Shown here: one piece after another, positions 8,637 to 17,074 of the stretch
Layout: the number at the start of each line of letters is the position of its first letter
Position numbering within the stretch: the stretch's first letter is position 1
NCBI GenBank assembly: GCA_902769815.1
Contig: CACXQO010000002.1
Coordinates: forward strand, 1 to 61,980
DNA length: 61,980 nucleotides
Direction: 5' to 3'
Source of the DNA: an uncultured Bacteroidia bacterium
GTDB lineage: Bacteria; Bacteroidota; Bacteroidia; Bacteroidales; F082
The notes under the pieces: model-generated
Seen by the model: the letters and a program-made list of their open reading frames with translations, nothing else
What the model was told of the DNA's origin: nothing
Databases searched by the model: none
Program-made: the position numbers and the translations under genes

Positions 8637-10787
8637 TTATTTCGCCTCCTTCGGATAAGTCAATCCCATGTTATAAAGGATGAACGAATAAATATCAGCT
8701 TGCTCTTCCAAAACTTTGGAGATGGGCTTGCCGCCACCGTGACCGGCCTTGGTGTCGATGCGGATGATCTTGGGCTGGTCGCCGGTTTGGGCTGCTTGCA
8801 ATGCAGCTGCATACTTGAACGAGTGGGCGGGCACCACACGGTCGTCGTGGTCGGCAGTGGTGACCATGATGGCAGGATAGTGTACGTCGGCACCGCTCTT
8901 GATGGTGTGCAGCGGCGAGTAGGCATATAAGGCCTTGAACATGGCTTCGTCGTCCTCGCTGGTGCCGTAGTCACTGGCCCAGTTCCAGCCGATGGTGAAG
9001 AGGTGGTAGCGAAGCATGTCCATCACGCCGACTTGCGGCACGGCCACGGCGAAAAGGTCGGGACGCTGGTTCACTACCGCACCGACAAGCAGACCACCGT
9101 TGGAACCACCGTTCAAAGCCAAGTATTTCGGCGAGGTGTATTTATTATTAATAAGGTATTCAGCGCAGGCGATGCAGTCGTCGAATACGTTCTGCTTCTG
9201 CAACTTGGTTCCGGCGATGTGCCATTCCTCGCCGTACTCGTTGCCGCCGCGCAGGTTCATCTGGGCATAAATGCCGCCATTCTCGATGAAGGGCAGGCGC
9301 GAGGTGCTGAAGCCGGGATTGAGCGTCACGTTGAAGCCGCCGTAACCGTACAGGAAGGTCGGGTTGTTGCCATCTTTCTGCAAGCCAGCCTTGTAGGTCA
9401 GGAACATCGGGACTTTGGTACCATCCTTCGAGGTAACAAAGACTTGCTCCGTAACGTAGTCGTCCGACTTGAAGTCGATGGCGGGAGCGCGGAACACGGT
9501 GGAGGTGTTGTCGTCGATGTTGTACTGGTAAATCGTGGTCGGGAAGACGAAAGAGGTGAAGGCATAGAACACTTCGGGTTCTTTATATTCGCTGCTGAAA
9601 CCGACCGAACCGTAGGTGGGCAAAGCGATTTCGTGGAGCTGCTTGCCATCCATCGTGTAAACGTAAGCGTGGTTGGCGGCATCCTTGTCGTAGGTGACAA
9701 TCATCTTGCCCTTGGCGAGACTGATGCCTGAAATCACATTTTCGCACTCGGGAATCACATCCACCCAATTCGCCATCTGCGGGGACTTGGCCGAAACCTT
9801 ACAAATTCGACCCTTCGGCGCGTTGTAGTTGGTGAAGATGTACAAAGTGCCGTCAATCACGTCGATGGGGCTGTATTGGTAGTCCATGTCGTCGGCAATC
9901 TGTACAAACTTGCCCTTCGGGTCTTGCATGTCGCGAATCCACAGCGTGCTTCCCGCGCCTTGACCGCTCTCGAAGAGGAACATGTAATGCTCGTCTTCGG
10001 TGAGGTCCACTTGATGGAAGTAACGCGGCTGTGCGGGATTGGAATAGAAAAGCTCGTCCTGTTCCTGAGGCGTGCCGAGTTTGTGATAGTAAATCTTGTG
10101 GTTTTCATTCACATTGCTGAACTCCTTGCCGGCTTCGGGGCGGTCGTAGGCGGCATAGAAGAAGCCGTCCTTGTACCACGATGCGCCCGTGAACTTGGCC
10201 CATTCGATGTGGTCGGGGAGGAGTTCGAGGGTGGCCATATCCTTCACATAGATTTCAACCCAGTCGGAGCCGCTGCGTTGTATGGTGTAGGCCATGTATT
10301 TGCCGTCGTTGGAGAAACTGATGCCTCCGAGGGAAACGGTGCCGTCGTCGGAGAGTTTGTTGGGGTCGAGGAGGACGGTAGGTTCGCCGTCAAGTGTTTC
10401 TTGCATGTAAATGACGCTTTGGTTCTGGAGGCCGTCATTCTTCGAGTAGATGTAGCGGCCATGTTTCTTCGAGGGCATACTATAACGCTCGTAATTAACG
10501 ATTTGCGTCAAGCGGTCCTTGATGGCGTTGCGGAAGGGGATGTGGCTCAGGTAGTCTTGCGTGACTTCGTTCTGCGCCTTGACCCATTTCGCGGTCTCGG
10601 CGGAGGTGTCGTTTTCGAGCCAACGGTACGGGTCGGCGACTTTGGTTCCGAAGTAGTCGTCAACGACGGTTTCGTCCATGCGCGTCTCGGGGTAAGCCTT
10701 GACGGAATAGTGTTCAGGCTGCTTTGGTTGTTGATTGCAGCCGAAAAGGGTGATTGTGCCCATAACTAATAAGGTGAGTTTTTTCAT
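8637..10787 (-). CDS. Prolyl oligopeptidase (S9A serine peptidase), secreted or lipoprotein
   Basis: 716 aa. N-terminal MKKLTLLVMGTITLFGC (lipobox-like). Catalytic Ser motif GGSNGGLLVGA. Downstream DHDDRV and GHGGGKP. A beta-propeller region precedes the catalytic domain. Confidence 0.9.
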   Translation of the reverse strand: MKKLTLLVMGTITLFGCNQQPKQPEHYSVKAYPETRMDETVVDDYFGTKVADPYRWLENDTSAETAKWVKAQNEVTQDYLSHIPFRNAIKDRLTQIVNYERYSMPSKKHGRYIYSKNDGLQNQSVIYMQETLDGEPTVLLDPNKLSDDGTVSLGGISFSNDGKYMAYTIQRSGSDWVEIYVKDMATLELLPDHIEWAKFTGASWYKDGFFYAAYDRPEAGKEFSNVNENHKIYYHKLGTPQEQDELFYSNPAQPRYFHQVDLTEDEHYMFLFESGQGAGSTLWIRDMQDPKGKFVQIADDMDYQYSPIDVIDGTLYIFTNYNAPKGRICKVSAKSPQMANWVDVIPECENVISGISLAKGKMIVTYDKDAANHAYVYTMDGKQLHEIALPTYGSVGFSSEYKEPEVFYAFTSFVFPTTIYQYNIDDNTSTVFRAPAIDFKSDDYVTEQVFVTSKDGTKVPMFLTYKAGLQKDGNNPTFLYGYGGFNVTLNPGFSTSRLPFIENGGIYAQMNLRGGNEYGEEWHIAGTKLQKQNVFDDCIACAEYLINNKYTSPKYLALNGGSNGGLLVGAVVNQRPDLFAVAVPQVGVMDMLRYHLFTIGWNWASDYGTSEDDEAMFKALYAYSPLHTIKSGADVHYPAIMVTTADHDDRVVPAHSFKYAAALQAAQTGDQPKIIRIDTKAGHGGGKPISKVLEEQADIYSFILYNMGLTYPKEAK

Positions 10788-11005
10788 TATTGTGTTGATT
10801 TAAGATTGTTGGGGACAAAAGTACGATAATTTTGGGGAATGGGTGAATATTTATTACCAAAACGGAAACTTTGTGTGTCATTCCTCTATTTGTGAGTTTG
10901 GTTGTTCTAATCTATAAATTGTATTATTTCGTAGAGGATGATGGTGTTTACATCGCTTCGATTTGGGATTGCAGACAAGGAGGTGCAGCATTTTAAAAAA
11001 AGCAT

Positions 11006-11013
11006 TACCTTTG
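11006..11013 (+). promoter_or_regulatory. Bacteroidota -7 promoter box TACCTTTG
   Basis: Located 20 nt upstream of the ATG at 11033. Confidence 0.55.
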
Positions 11014-11032
11014 CGCTTCAAACGAACCGACA

Positions 11033-13348
11033 ATGATTGACCTACTGAAAGACTTGAACGAGCCTCAAAGAGAGGCCGTTACCACCATAGAAGGCCCCGT
11101 GATGGTCATCGCGGGCGCCGGCTCGGGAAAGACCCGCGCCCTCACCTATCGCGTCGCCTACATGATCCAGGAAGGCATCGACCCGTTCAGCATCATGGCA
11201 CTCACCTTCACCAACAAGGCCGCCCGCGAGATGAAGGAACGCATCATGCAACTCGTGAACGCCAGCGACGCACGCAACGTGTGGATGGGCACCTTCCACT
11301 CCATCTTCGCCCGAATCTTGCGCATTGAGGCGGAGAAAATCGGGTTCACGAGCAACTTCTCAATCTATGACACCGACGACTCGAAGGCTCTCATCACACA
11401 GATACTCAAGGATTTAAGCCTTGACACCAAGGTCTATCCAGCCAAGCAGGTGCTGTCGCGCATAAGCTCGGCCAAGTCGAGCCTGTTTTCGCCCGAAGAC
11501 TATGCCAACAACCCCGACATCCAAGAAACCGACCGCAAGTCGAACAAGCCACTGATGGCGCAACTCTTCAAGCTCTACAACGACCGCCTGCACCGCGCCA
11601 ACGCCATGGATTTCGATGATATTCTGTACTTTACGAACATCCTCCTGCGCGACAACCCCGATGTGCTCTACAAGTACCAGAACCACTTCAAATTCATCCT
11701 CGTCGATGAGTATCAGGACACCAATTATGCCCAATACCTCATCGTGAAGCGCATCGCGGCCCTGTTCGAGAACATCTGCGTGGTGGGCGACGACGCGCAA
11801 AGCATCTACGCCTTCCGTGGCGCGAACATCCAAAATATTTTGAATTTCAAGAACGACTACCCTGATTACAAGCTGATTAGATTGGAGCAGAACTACCGTT
11901 CCACACAGAATATCGTCAATGCGTCGAACAGCGTCATCGCGCACAACAAGGACCAAATCAAGAAAAAGGTGTGGAGCGACAAGGAAGCCGGCGAACTCAT
12001 CGGCCTCATCCACGCCAACAGCGACACCGAGGAAGGCACGATGGTGGCCAACAGCATCTTCGGCTACAAAATGACGCGCCATTTGGCCAACAAAGACTTC
12101 GCCATCCTCTACCGCACCAACGCCCAGAGCCGCTCGATGGAAGAAGCCCTGCGCAAGCAGAACATACCTTATAAAATATACGGCGGCCTCTCGTTCTACG
12201 ACCGCAAGGAAATCAAGGACCTGTTGGCCTATTTCCGCGTCGTCATCAACCCGGAGGACGAACAGGCCTTGCTTCGCATCATCAACTACCCCGCCCGAGG
12301 CATCGGCAAGACCTCAATCGAGCGCATGATGGTGACCGCCAACGAGCAACGCACCAGCATCTGGAAGTGCATGGAAAACAACGTGTTTCCGCAAGATTTC
12401 AACATGGGCACCGTGAACAAGTTCCGCGACTTCATGGTGATGATCAAGAGTTTCCAGAGCCTGCAAGCCAAGATGAACGCCTTCGAATTGGCCAAGCACA
12501 TCACCAACGCCATTGGATTGATAAAGGTGCTGAAGGAAGACGACTCGCCCGAGGGCGTTTCGAGGGTGGAGAACGTGGAGGAACTGCTCAACGCCATCAT
12601 GGAGTTCAGCGACCGCCAAGTCGATGAAACCACAGGCGAGACCGCCCGCGTGGACCTCGTGCAATTCATGGAAGACGTGGCCCTTCTCACCGACGCCGAA
12701 ATGAAAAAGGACGACGGCGACAACGACTTCGTCAGCCTGATGACCATCCACAGCGCGAAGGGCTTGGAGTTCCCGTATGTCTATGTCGTGGGCATGGAGG
12801 AAAATCTTTTCCCCGGCATCCTCAGCCTCAGCACCCGTGAGGAATTGGAGGAGGAACGCCGCCTGTTCTATGTGGCCATCACCCGCGCCATGACCAAACT
12901 CACCTTGAGTTACGCCGAGCAACGCTACCGCTACGGCAACCTCACCCTCAGCGAGCGGTCGCGCTTCGTCGACGAAATCGACGCCAACCTCATCGAGCAG
13001 ACGCAGAAGGCCTCGTTCAGAGGCACTTCGCCGATGGGCGGCAGAGGCAGCTTCGGAGGACGCTTTGGCAAGCCCATCGCCGAGCCGGAGCAACACGGTT
13101 TCCGCAAGATAGAGAACACGCCCACGGCAAGGCCGACATCCAGCCAACCCGCTGTGCCACAAAACTTTGAGCCTTCCAACCCCGACCTGCTTCAGGAAGG
13201 GATGCGCGTGATGCACGCCAAGTTCGGCGCAGGCACCATCCTCAGCATCGAAGGCGCAGGGGCCAACAAGAAAGCCTCCGTCAACTTCGACGCAGGCGGC
13301 GTGAAAATGCTGATGCTGAAGTTCGCAAGGCTGGGGATAATCAAATAA
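11033..13348 (+). CDS. UvrD/PcrA/Rep-family ATP-dependent DNA helicase (SF1)
   Basis: Motifs AGAGSGKT (Walker A), LVDEYQDTN, VGDDAQSIYAFRGA, LEQNYRST, TIHSAKGLEF and VAITRA. Confidence 0.92.
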   Translation: MIDLLKDLNEPQREAVTTIEGPVMVIAGAGSGKTRALTYRVAYMIQEGIDPFSIMALTFTNKAAREMKERIMQLVNASDARNVWMGTFHSIFARILRIEAEKIGFTSNFSIYDTDDSKALITQILKDLSLDTKVYPAKQVLSRISSAKSSLFSPEDYANNPDIQETDRKSNKPLMAQLFKLYNDRLHRANAMDFDDILYFTNILLRDNPDVLYKYQNHFKFILVDEYQDTNYAQYLIVKRIAALFENICVVGDDAQSIYAFRGANIQNILNFKNDYPDYKLIRLEQNYRSTQNIVNASNSVIAHNKDQIKKKVWSDKEAGELIGLIHANSDTEEGTMVANSIFGYKMTRHLANKDFAILYRTNAQSRSMEEALRKQNIPYKIYGGLSFYDRKEIKDLLAYFRVVINPEDEQALLRIINYPARGIGKTSIERMMVTANEQRTSIWKCMENNVFPQDFNMGTVNKFRDFMVMIKSFQSLQAKMNAFELAKHITNAIGLIKVLKEDDSPEGVSRVENVEELLNAIMEFSDRQVDETTGETARVDLVQFMEDVALLTDAEMKKDDGDNDFVSLMTIHSAKGLEFPYVYVVGMEENLFPGILSLSTREELEEERRLFYVAITRAMTKLTLSYAEQRYRYGNLTLSERSRFVDEIDANLIEQTQKASFRGTSPMGGRGSFGGRFGKPIAEPEQHGFRKIENTPTARPTSSQPAVPQNFEPSNPDLLQEGMRVMHAKFGAGTILSIEGAGANKKASVNFDAGGVKMLMLKFARLGIIK

Positions 13349-13385
13349 AACCAGGAAATCTTGCGCTTCATTCACGGAAAAGTCG

Positions 13386-13393
13386 TATCTTTG
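13386..13393 (+). promoter_or_regulatory. Bacteroidota -7 promoter box TATCTTTG
   Basis: Located 30 nt upstream of the ATG at 13423. Confidence 0.45.
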
Positions 13394-13422
13394 CCCTCAG
13401 AAACAACAAGCGAGAGCGAAAT

Positions 13423-13701
13423 ATGGCCACAGGACACGAGAAACGGAAGCCGCAGCAGCCCCAGATTGACAAACAACTTGAGGCGACTGAAGTACAGAAT
13501 AAGTTGGTAGAAAATCCGAGAAAAGATAAGTTTGCCGACTTTCTGATTGATGTGTCGAAATATGTATTTACAGGTGTGATAATCACGTCATTGTTCAATG
13601 ATGTGACTGACAGGACTTTCCTTTACATACTGGGCATGATTATTGTCTTTGTTACGCTTTTGTTAGGATTAAGATTAACCAATAATAGAAAGGACAAGTA
13701 A
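13423..13701 (+). CDS. Small membrane protein, function unknown
   Basis: 92 aa with a basic N-terminus followed by two hydrophobic helices (YVFTGVIITSLF, LYILGMIIVFVTLLLGL). Confidence 0.55.
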   Translation: MATGHEKRKPQQPQIDKQLEATEVQNKLVENPRKDKFADFLIDVSKYVFTGVIITSLFNDVTDRTFLYILGMIIVFVTLLLGLRLTNNRKDK

Positions 13702-13702
13702 T

Positions 13703-13813
13703 ATGGGAATGTATCTTGCTGCATTATTTGTGGGGTTGCCGTGCCTTGTTTTTCTCATCTTCACTTACACCCCCAAGGGCAAAGAATGGATGCGCCGCAA
13801 CGGTCTCCTATAG
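13703..13813 (+). CDS. Possible 36-aa single-helix membrane peptide
   Basis: ATG lies 2 nt after the preceding stop. Sequence MGMYLAALFVGLPCLVFLIFTYTPKGKEWMRRNGLL. Below the ORF-track cutoff and weakly supported. Confidence 0.3.
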   Translation: MGMYLAALFVGLPCLVFLIFTYTPKGKEWMRRNGLL

Positions 13814-13822
13814 GAAAAGGAA

Positions 13823-13862
13823 AAGGGGATTTCTCAAATTCTTGACAGCCAGAAATCCCCTT
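13823..13862 (+). terminator. 12-bp perfect hairpin after the small-protein genes
   Basis: aaggggatttct-16 nt-agaaatcccctt. There is no strong T-run. Confidence 0.35.
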
Positions 13863-14017
13863 AATGAACATTTCATGGATATTCATGGATAAATTGTTCC
13901 ATTTCTGGTACAATTTGCTGTTTTTTTACTACTTTTGCCGCCGTTTTTTTCAAAGTTTTTCTCGATAAACAGTTAATACATAATCGTTTCACATATTTAA
14001 TTCAAATCTAAAAAACA

Positions 14018-14602
14018 ATAAGAAAAGTTCTATTTACCCTACTCGCGTTGATGCTGGTCGGTTTGGGCTATGCACAAAGCCCCAAAACACCGAAACACCC
14101 AAGCATCAATCAACTCCTAGATGAAAGCCGGTTCCCATGCCAGTTCAATGGCCAAGGCAGTTGGGACGATGAAGAGAACTGGGCAAACAGCACGCTCCCA
14201 AATGAAGGAGACACCGTCGTCATCGCCCCAAGCGCCAAATGTTGGATGGATCCTGCGGATAGCCAAGTCCATTACAAGGCGATTTACATCATTGACGACG
14301 ACAACATCGAAGAACCGCTGAACCGTTGCGGACAACTGTTTCTTCCTCAAGATGCAGAAGTGCAGGCTACCTTCATGAAGAAAATCAGAGGCTGGAAAGA
14401 ACCATTCGTAGACTATGGCCAAAATGGCAACTGGTACCTGGTCTCCTTCCCCACGAATGTGGATGATTTGGGCGACACCCTATACATTCCCGACTTTAGG
14501 GGTGCCGGCATGATTACCGGGGGCAACACCTACGACCTCTACTTCTTCAAGTCATGTCCAGGATTCAATGGCGACCCAGAATCTGACGAACCTTACATGG
14601 GC
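14018..14602 (+). pseudogene. 5' fragment of a T9SS-sorted surface-protein gene interrupted by the integrated element
   Basis: In-frame signal-peptide-like (I)RKVLFTLLALMLVGLGYAQ begins at ATA 14018 with no ATG (the track ORF starts at TTG 14048). The fragment ends ...NTYDLYFFKSCPGFNGDPESDEPYMG. The matching 3' part resumes at 60369 (MGEWRNY...). Confidence 0.6.
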
Positions 14603-14652
14603 TACCCTTCAAGGCCTTAACTTGTTGAAAATCAGGTTAAGGCCTTTTCAAT

Positions 14653-14688
14653 TGCCCGAAAACTGCCCGAACATCGTATTTGCCCGAA
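14653..14688 (+). repeat. Three direct TGCCCGAA motifs at the left end of the element
   Basis: TGCCCGAA at 14653-14660, 14664-14671 and 14681-14688. The same 8-mer occurs twice at the right end (60218-60246). Confidence 0.6.
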
Positions 14689-14750
14689 ACGAAAAACCGC
14701 CTGCCCTGTCCAACTGTCATTATACCACTATTCCACAAAGCAAGGCACTA

Positions 14751-15107
14751 CTATGCTCTCCTTATTCTGCGCATAGCATCCTCAAGTTTTATCTCTATTC
14801 TTGTAAGCTCTCCGAGCCTTTGTTTCATCTCCTGAACTACAGTTTCTGACAACTTACCATTTTTAATACAGATATTAGCGTAGTGAGCCAATTGATTTAT
14901 ATTATTACCTGTCTTCTGCATTTCATAGATTTGCTTTTTATACACTTGTAGAAACTCAACTGCATTGATGGTGGCTCTCTCGCCGCCAAACAACTTGGCA
15001 CGGATGTATTCAGAAACATTCATACCGGAACTGGCGACCATTTTTTCAAGTTGGTCGTATTCTTTCTGTGTCAATCGAATTTCTTTTCTTCTTACCTTAT
15101 TATTCAT
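14751..15107 (-). CDS. mobC: MobC-type (ribbon-helix-helix) mobilization accessory protein
   Basis: N-terminal RKEIRLTQKEYDQLEKMVASSGMNVSEYIRAKLFG and later NNINQLAHYAN, typical of the Bacteroidales MobA/MobC-like relaxosome protein. No relaxase gene follows. Confidence 0.7.
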   Translation of the reverse strand: MNNKVRRKEIRLTQKEYDQLEKMVASSGMNVSEYIRAKLFGGERATINAVEFLQVYKKQIYEMQKTGNNINQLAHYANICIKNGKLSETVVQEMKQRLGELTRIEIKLEDAMRRIRRA

Positions 15108-15184
15108 TTTTCCCTGATGTTTAAAAATCTAAGTTGCGAGGATTTTTACCTTCCCAAAACCTCATCGGATTTTTGGGCAAAATT

Positions 15185-15206
15185 TGTTTTTGTACGTACA
15201 AAAACA
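15185..15206. promoter_or_regulatory. Perfect 22-bp palindrome upstream of mobC (candidate oriT or operator)
   Basis: TGTTTTTGTACGTACAAAAACA, located 78-99 nt upstream of the mobC start. Confidence 0.4.
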
Positions 15207-15482
15207 CATCTTGCAATTAAAACCCCCACGTAAAAAAATGCACTCTCTACAATCTTCATTTTCGAAATAATATTACCTTGTTTTGTTATTCCAAATTCAA
15301 CATCTCCTTCCCTTCAAAATCCCAAAGGCCGAAACAGGGACCTCCACCCGTTAATGCCCATGTCGGGCGACCATAAAAAACCGCCTGCCAATGGATTGAC
15401 AGACGGCTTTCAATATTAGTTTTCCATTTTTCAAACTAAAGAAAGAACCTCTTACGCATAATAGTAGCTTTGTGAAATGGAA

Positions 15483-17030
15483 TCAAAAGTCATAAGGCTT
15501 AAGTATGATGTCAGCAGATTTGCTCCCAACGAAACTATGGTTGGCTTTAACAGTCATTGTCAGCTTTACAGTTTCGAGGTCTTCCACATGGAAAGAAATG
15601 CTATATTCCTTTTTTTCTTTAGGGGCCAATATCTCTTCCTGAGTAAGATTGGAGACTATACGATTTTTTGTGCCTTCGGCAAAAGAGAGGGGCACGCTGA
15701 AAACTACTGAAATCTTGGCAGGCATATCAGTGAGGTTTGTTACGAAGGATTTGACCGTCAAAAGGTCGCTGGTGTTAGCATATTCGCTTGTCTTAGCAGG
15801 AATCCCAATTTCATAGAGCATACTGTTTTTCCGATTAACATTGAGAATAATCGTCTTTTCCCAGATTCGGAGACCATCCATGCTTGCATCAATTCTTATT
15901 GTGCAACTCTTTGCTTTTTTCTCAATAAAAGGCACAAAACTATAACCATTGTTTTCCAAAATGATGGGCATTAGGTAACTGCTGCCTTTGTCAAGCCTAA
16001 TTTGAAGATCAGAAGCCTTCATGTGGTCAGGGAAACTCAGTGTGAATTGAAACACCTTAGGCTTTCCCGCATGAAATGTGATGTCTTGGGAATCGAATGC
16101 GACGAAGAAGTCACCTGCTGTGAGTGTAATGATTCCATATTTACCATAAAGGCCGACAATGGCACAACCTTCAGAAAATTGATCAGCATGAGAGAATTGG
16201 ACAGGGACAATGGCTTTCGTTGCAGTCCTATAACCGAAAAGGCCATCGGATGAGAAAACTTCAATAGATGGGTCGAAAGCAGGCTTTTTGTTGCGCTGTG
16301 GTTCAAAGCCTATGTTTTCTTCATCAAAAGCGAAATCATAATCACGTACTGGGATCTGGCTGGTTTTACTATACTTTCTAACCACCTGTCCTCTTGTGTT
16401 GATAACGGCATAGTTGCTTTGACTAATTTTATTGGTGCAACAAACTAAAGCCTCTCCCTTTTCGTTAAAGCTTGTGCCTTGCGACAAATTACCAAAATGG
16501 AAACCATGTATGGTCAAAACGTTGTTGTTTCTATCGATATAAAGGGTTTTCCCCTTTTCATTAACCACCGAAGCCCAACCTTGAAGGATTGGGCGAGCTT
16601 TCTGATACAGACATTCAATAATACGTTCCCCTTTGCTGTTGAGATAGCCGTATTTTCCAGAATGGTCGGCCACCACAATGCAGCCTTCCGAAAAGTGGGA
16701 ATAATATGTGGCATAATAACCATTTCCAATTGCAGTGAAATAGTTTTCGGTGATGAGTCCTTTGATTTTCAGTTTTGTGTTTTCCCAATCGAGAACAAGG
16801 GCATAACCTTCCGAGAAGTCGGTGATTGAATCGGCAGTTTCAGGAAGTAGTGTTTTCCCTGATTTATTGATAAGTTGTATTTTGCCGTCTTTCACGCACT
16901 TGAAAAGATTGTTGCTATAATAGCAAATTGTGTCATATTGTGGCTTGACAAGCCATTTGGCTATACTGGCAGAAGCAGGAAGAACGATGAATGATAGTAT
17001 GACAAGTAATAATATGGAGAGTTTTTTCAT
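15483..17030 (-). CDS. WG-repeat (KWG-type) protein with a signal peptide. Last gene of the T6SS strand block.
   Basis: MKKLSILLLVILSFIVLPASA. Repeated FSEGYALV / FSEGCIVV..GKYGYLNSKGE / FSEGCAIVGLYGKYGII motifs. Confidence 0.7.
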   Translation of the reverse strand: MKKLSILLLVILSFIVLPASASIAKWLVKPQYDTICYYSNNLFKCVKDGKIQLINKSGKTLLPETADSITDFSEGYALVLDWENTKLKIKGLITENYFTAIGNGYYATYYSHFSEGCIVVADHSGKYGYLNSKGERIIECLYQKARPILQGWASVVNEKGKTLYIDRNNNVLTIHGFHFGNLSQGTSFNEKGEALVCCTNKISQSNYAVINTRGQVVRKYSKTSQIPVRDYDFAFDEENIGFEPQRNKKPAFDPSIEVFSSDGLFGYRTATKAIVPVQFSHADQFSEGCAIVGLYGKYGIITLTAGDFFVAFDSQDITFHAGKPKVFQFTLSFPDHMKASDLQIRLDKGSSYLMPIILENNGYSFVPFIEKKAKSCTIRIDASMDGLRIWEKTIILNVNRKNSMLYEIGIPAKTSEYANTSDLLTVKSFVTNLTDMPAKISVVFSVPLSFAEGTKNRIVSNLTQEEILAPKEKKEYSISFHVEDLETVKLTMTVKANHSFVGSKSADIILKPYDF

Positions 17031-17074
17031 ATTTAGTAAACAAACAGGTTGATCAACAATACTTTGGCAGCTTT

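Noticed and set aside
8660-10769. Several long ORFs antisense to or overlapping the prolyl oligopeptidase gene (for example 9003-9731 +, 9876-10769 +, 8660-8974 -)
   Set aside because: They lie entirely inside a strongly supported 716-aa gene. Their translations are low-complexity (Val/Gly/Ala/Arg-rich), as is typical of off-frame reading of GC-rich coding DNA.
11042-13375. Long antisense ORFs within the helicase gene (11414-12082 -, 12314-13375 -, 12286-12747 -)
   Set aside because: Same reasoning as above. The plus-strand ORF carries all SF1 helicase motifs, and the antisense products look like shadow ORFs.
14608-14646. Hairpin aaggccttaac-13 nt-gttaaggcctt at the left junction as a terminal inverted repeat of the element
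   Set aside because: No counterpart exists at the right end. It is more likely a local terminator-like hairpin just inside the element.
14640-14700. CTnDOT-type attachment core (GTANNTTTGC) at the left junction
   Set aside because: Only cgtatttgcc is present, so the spacing does not fit the 10-bp consensus as I recall it. No matching copy exists at the right junction.
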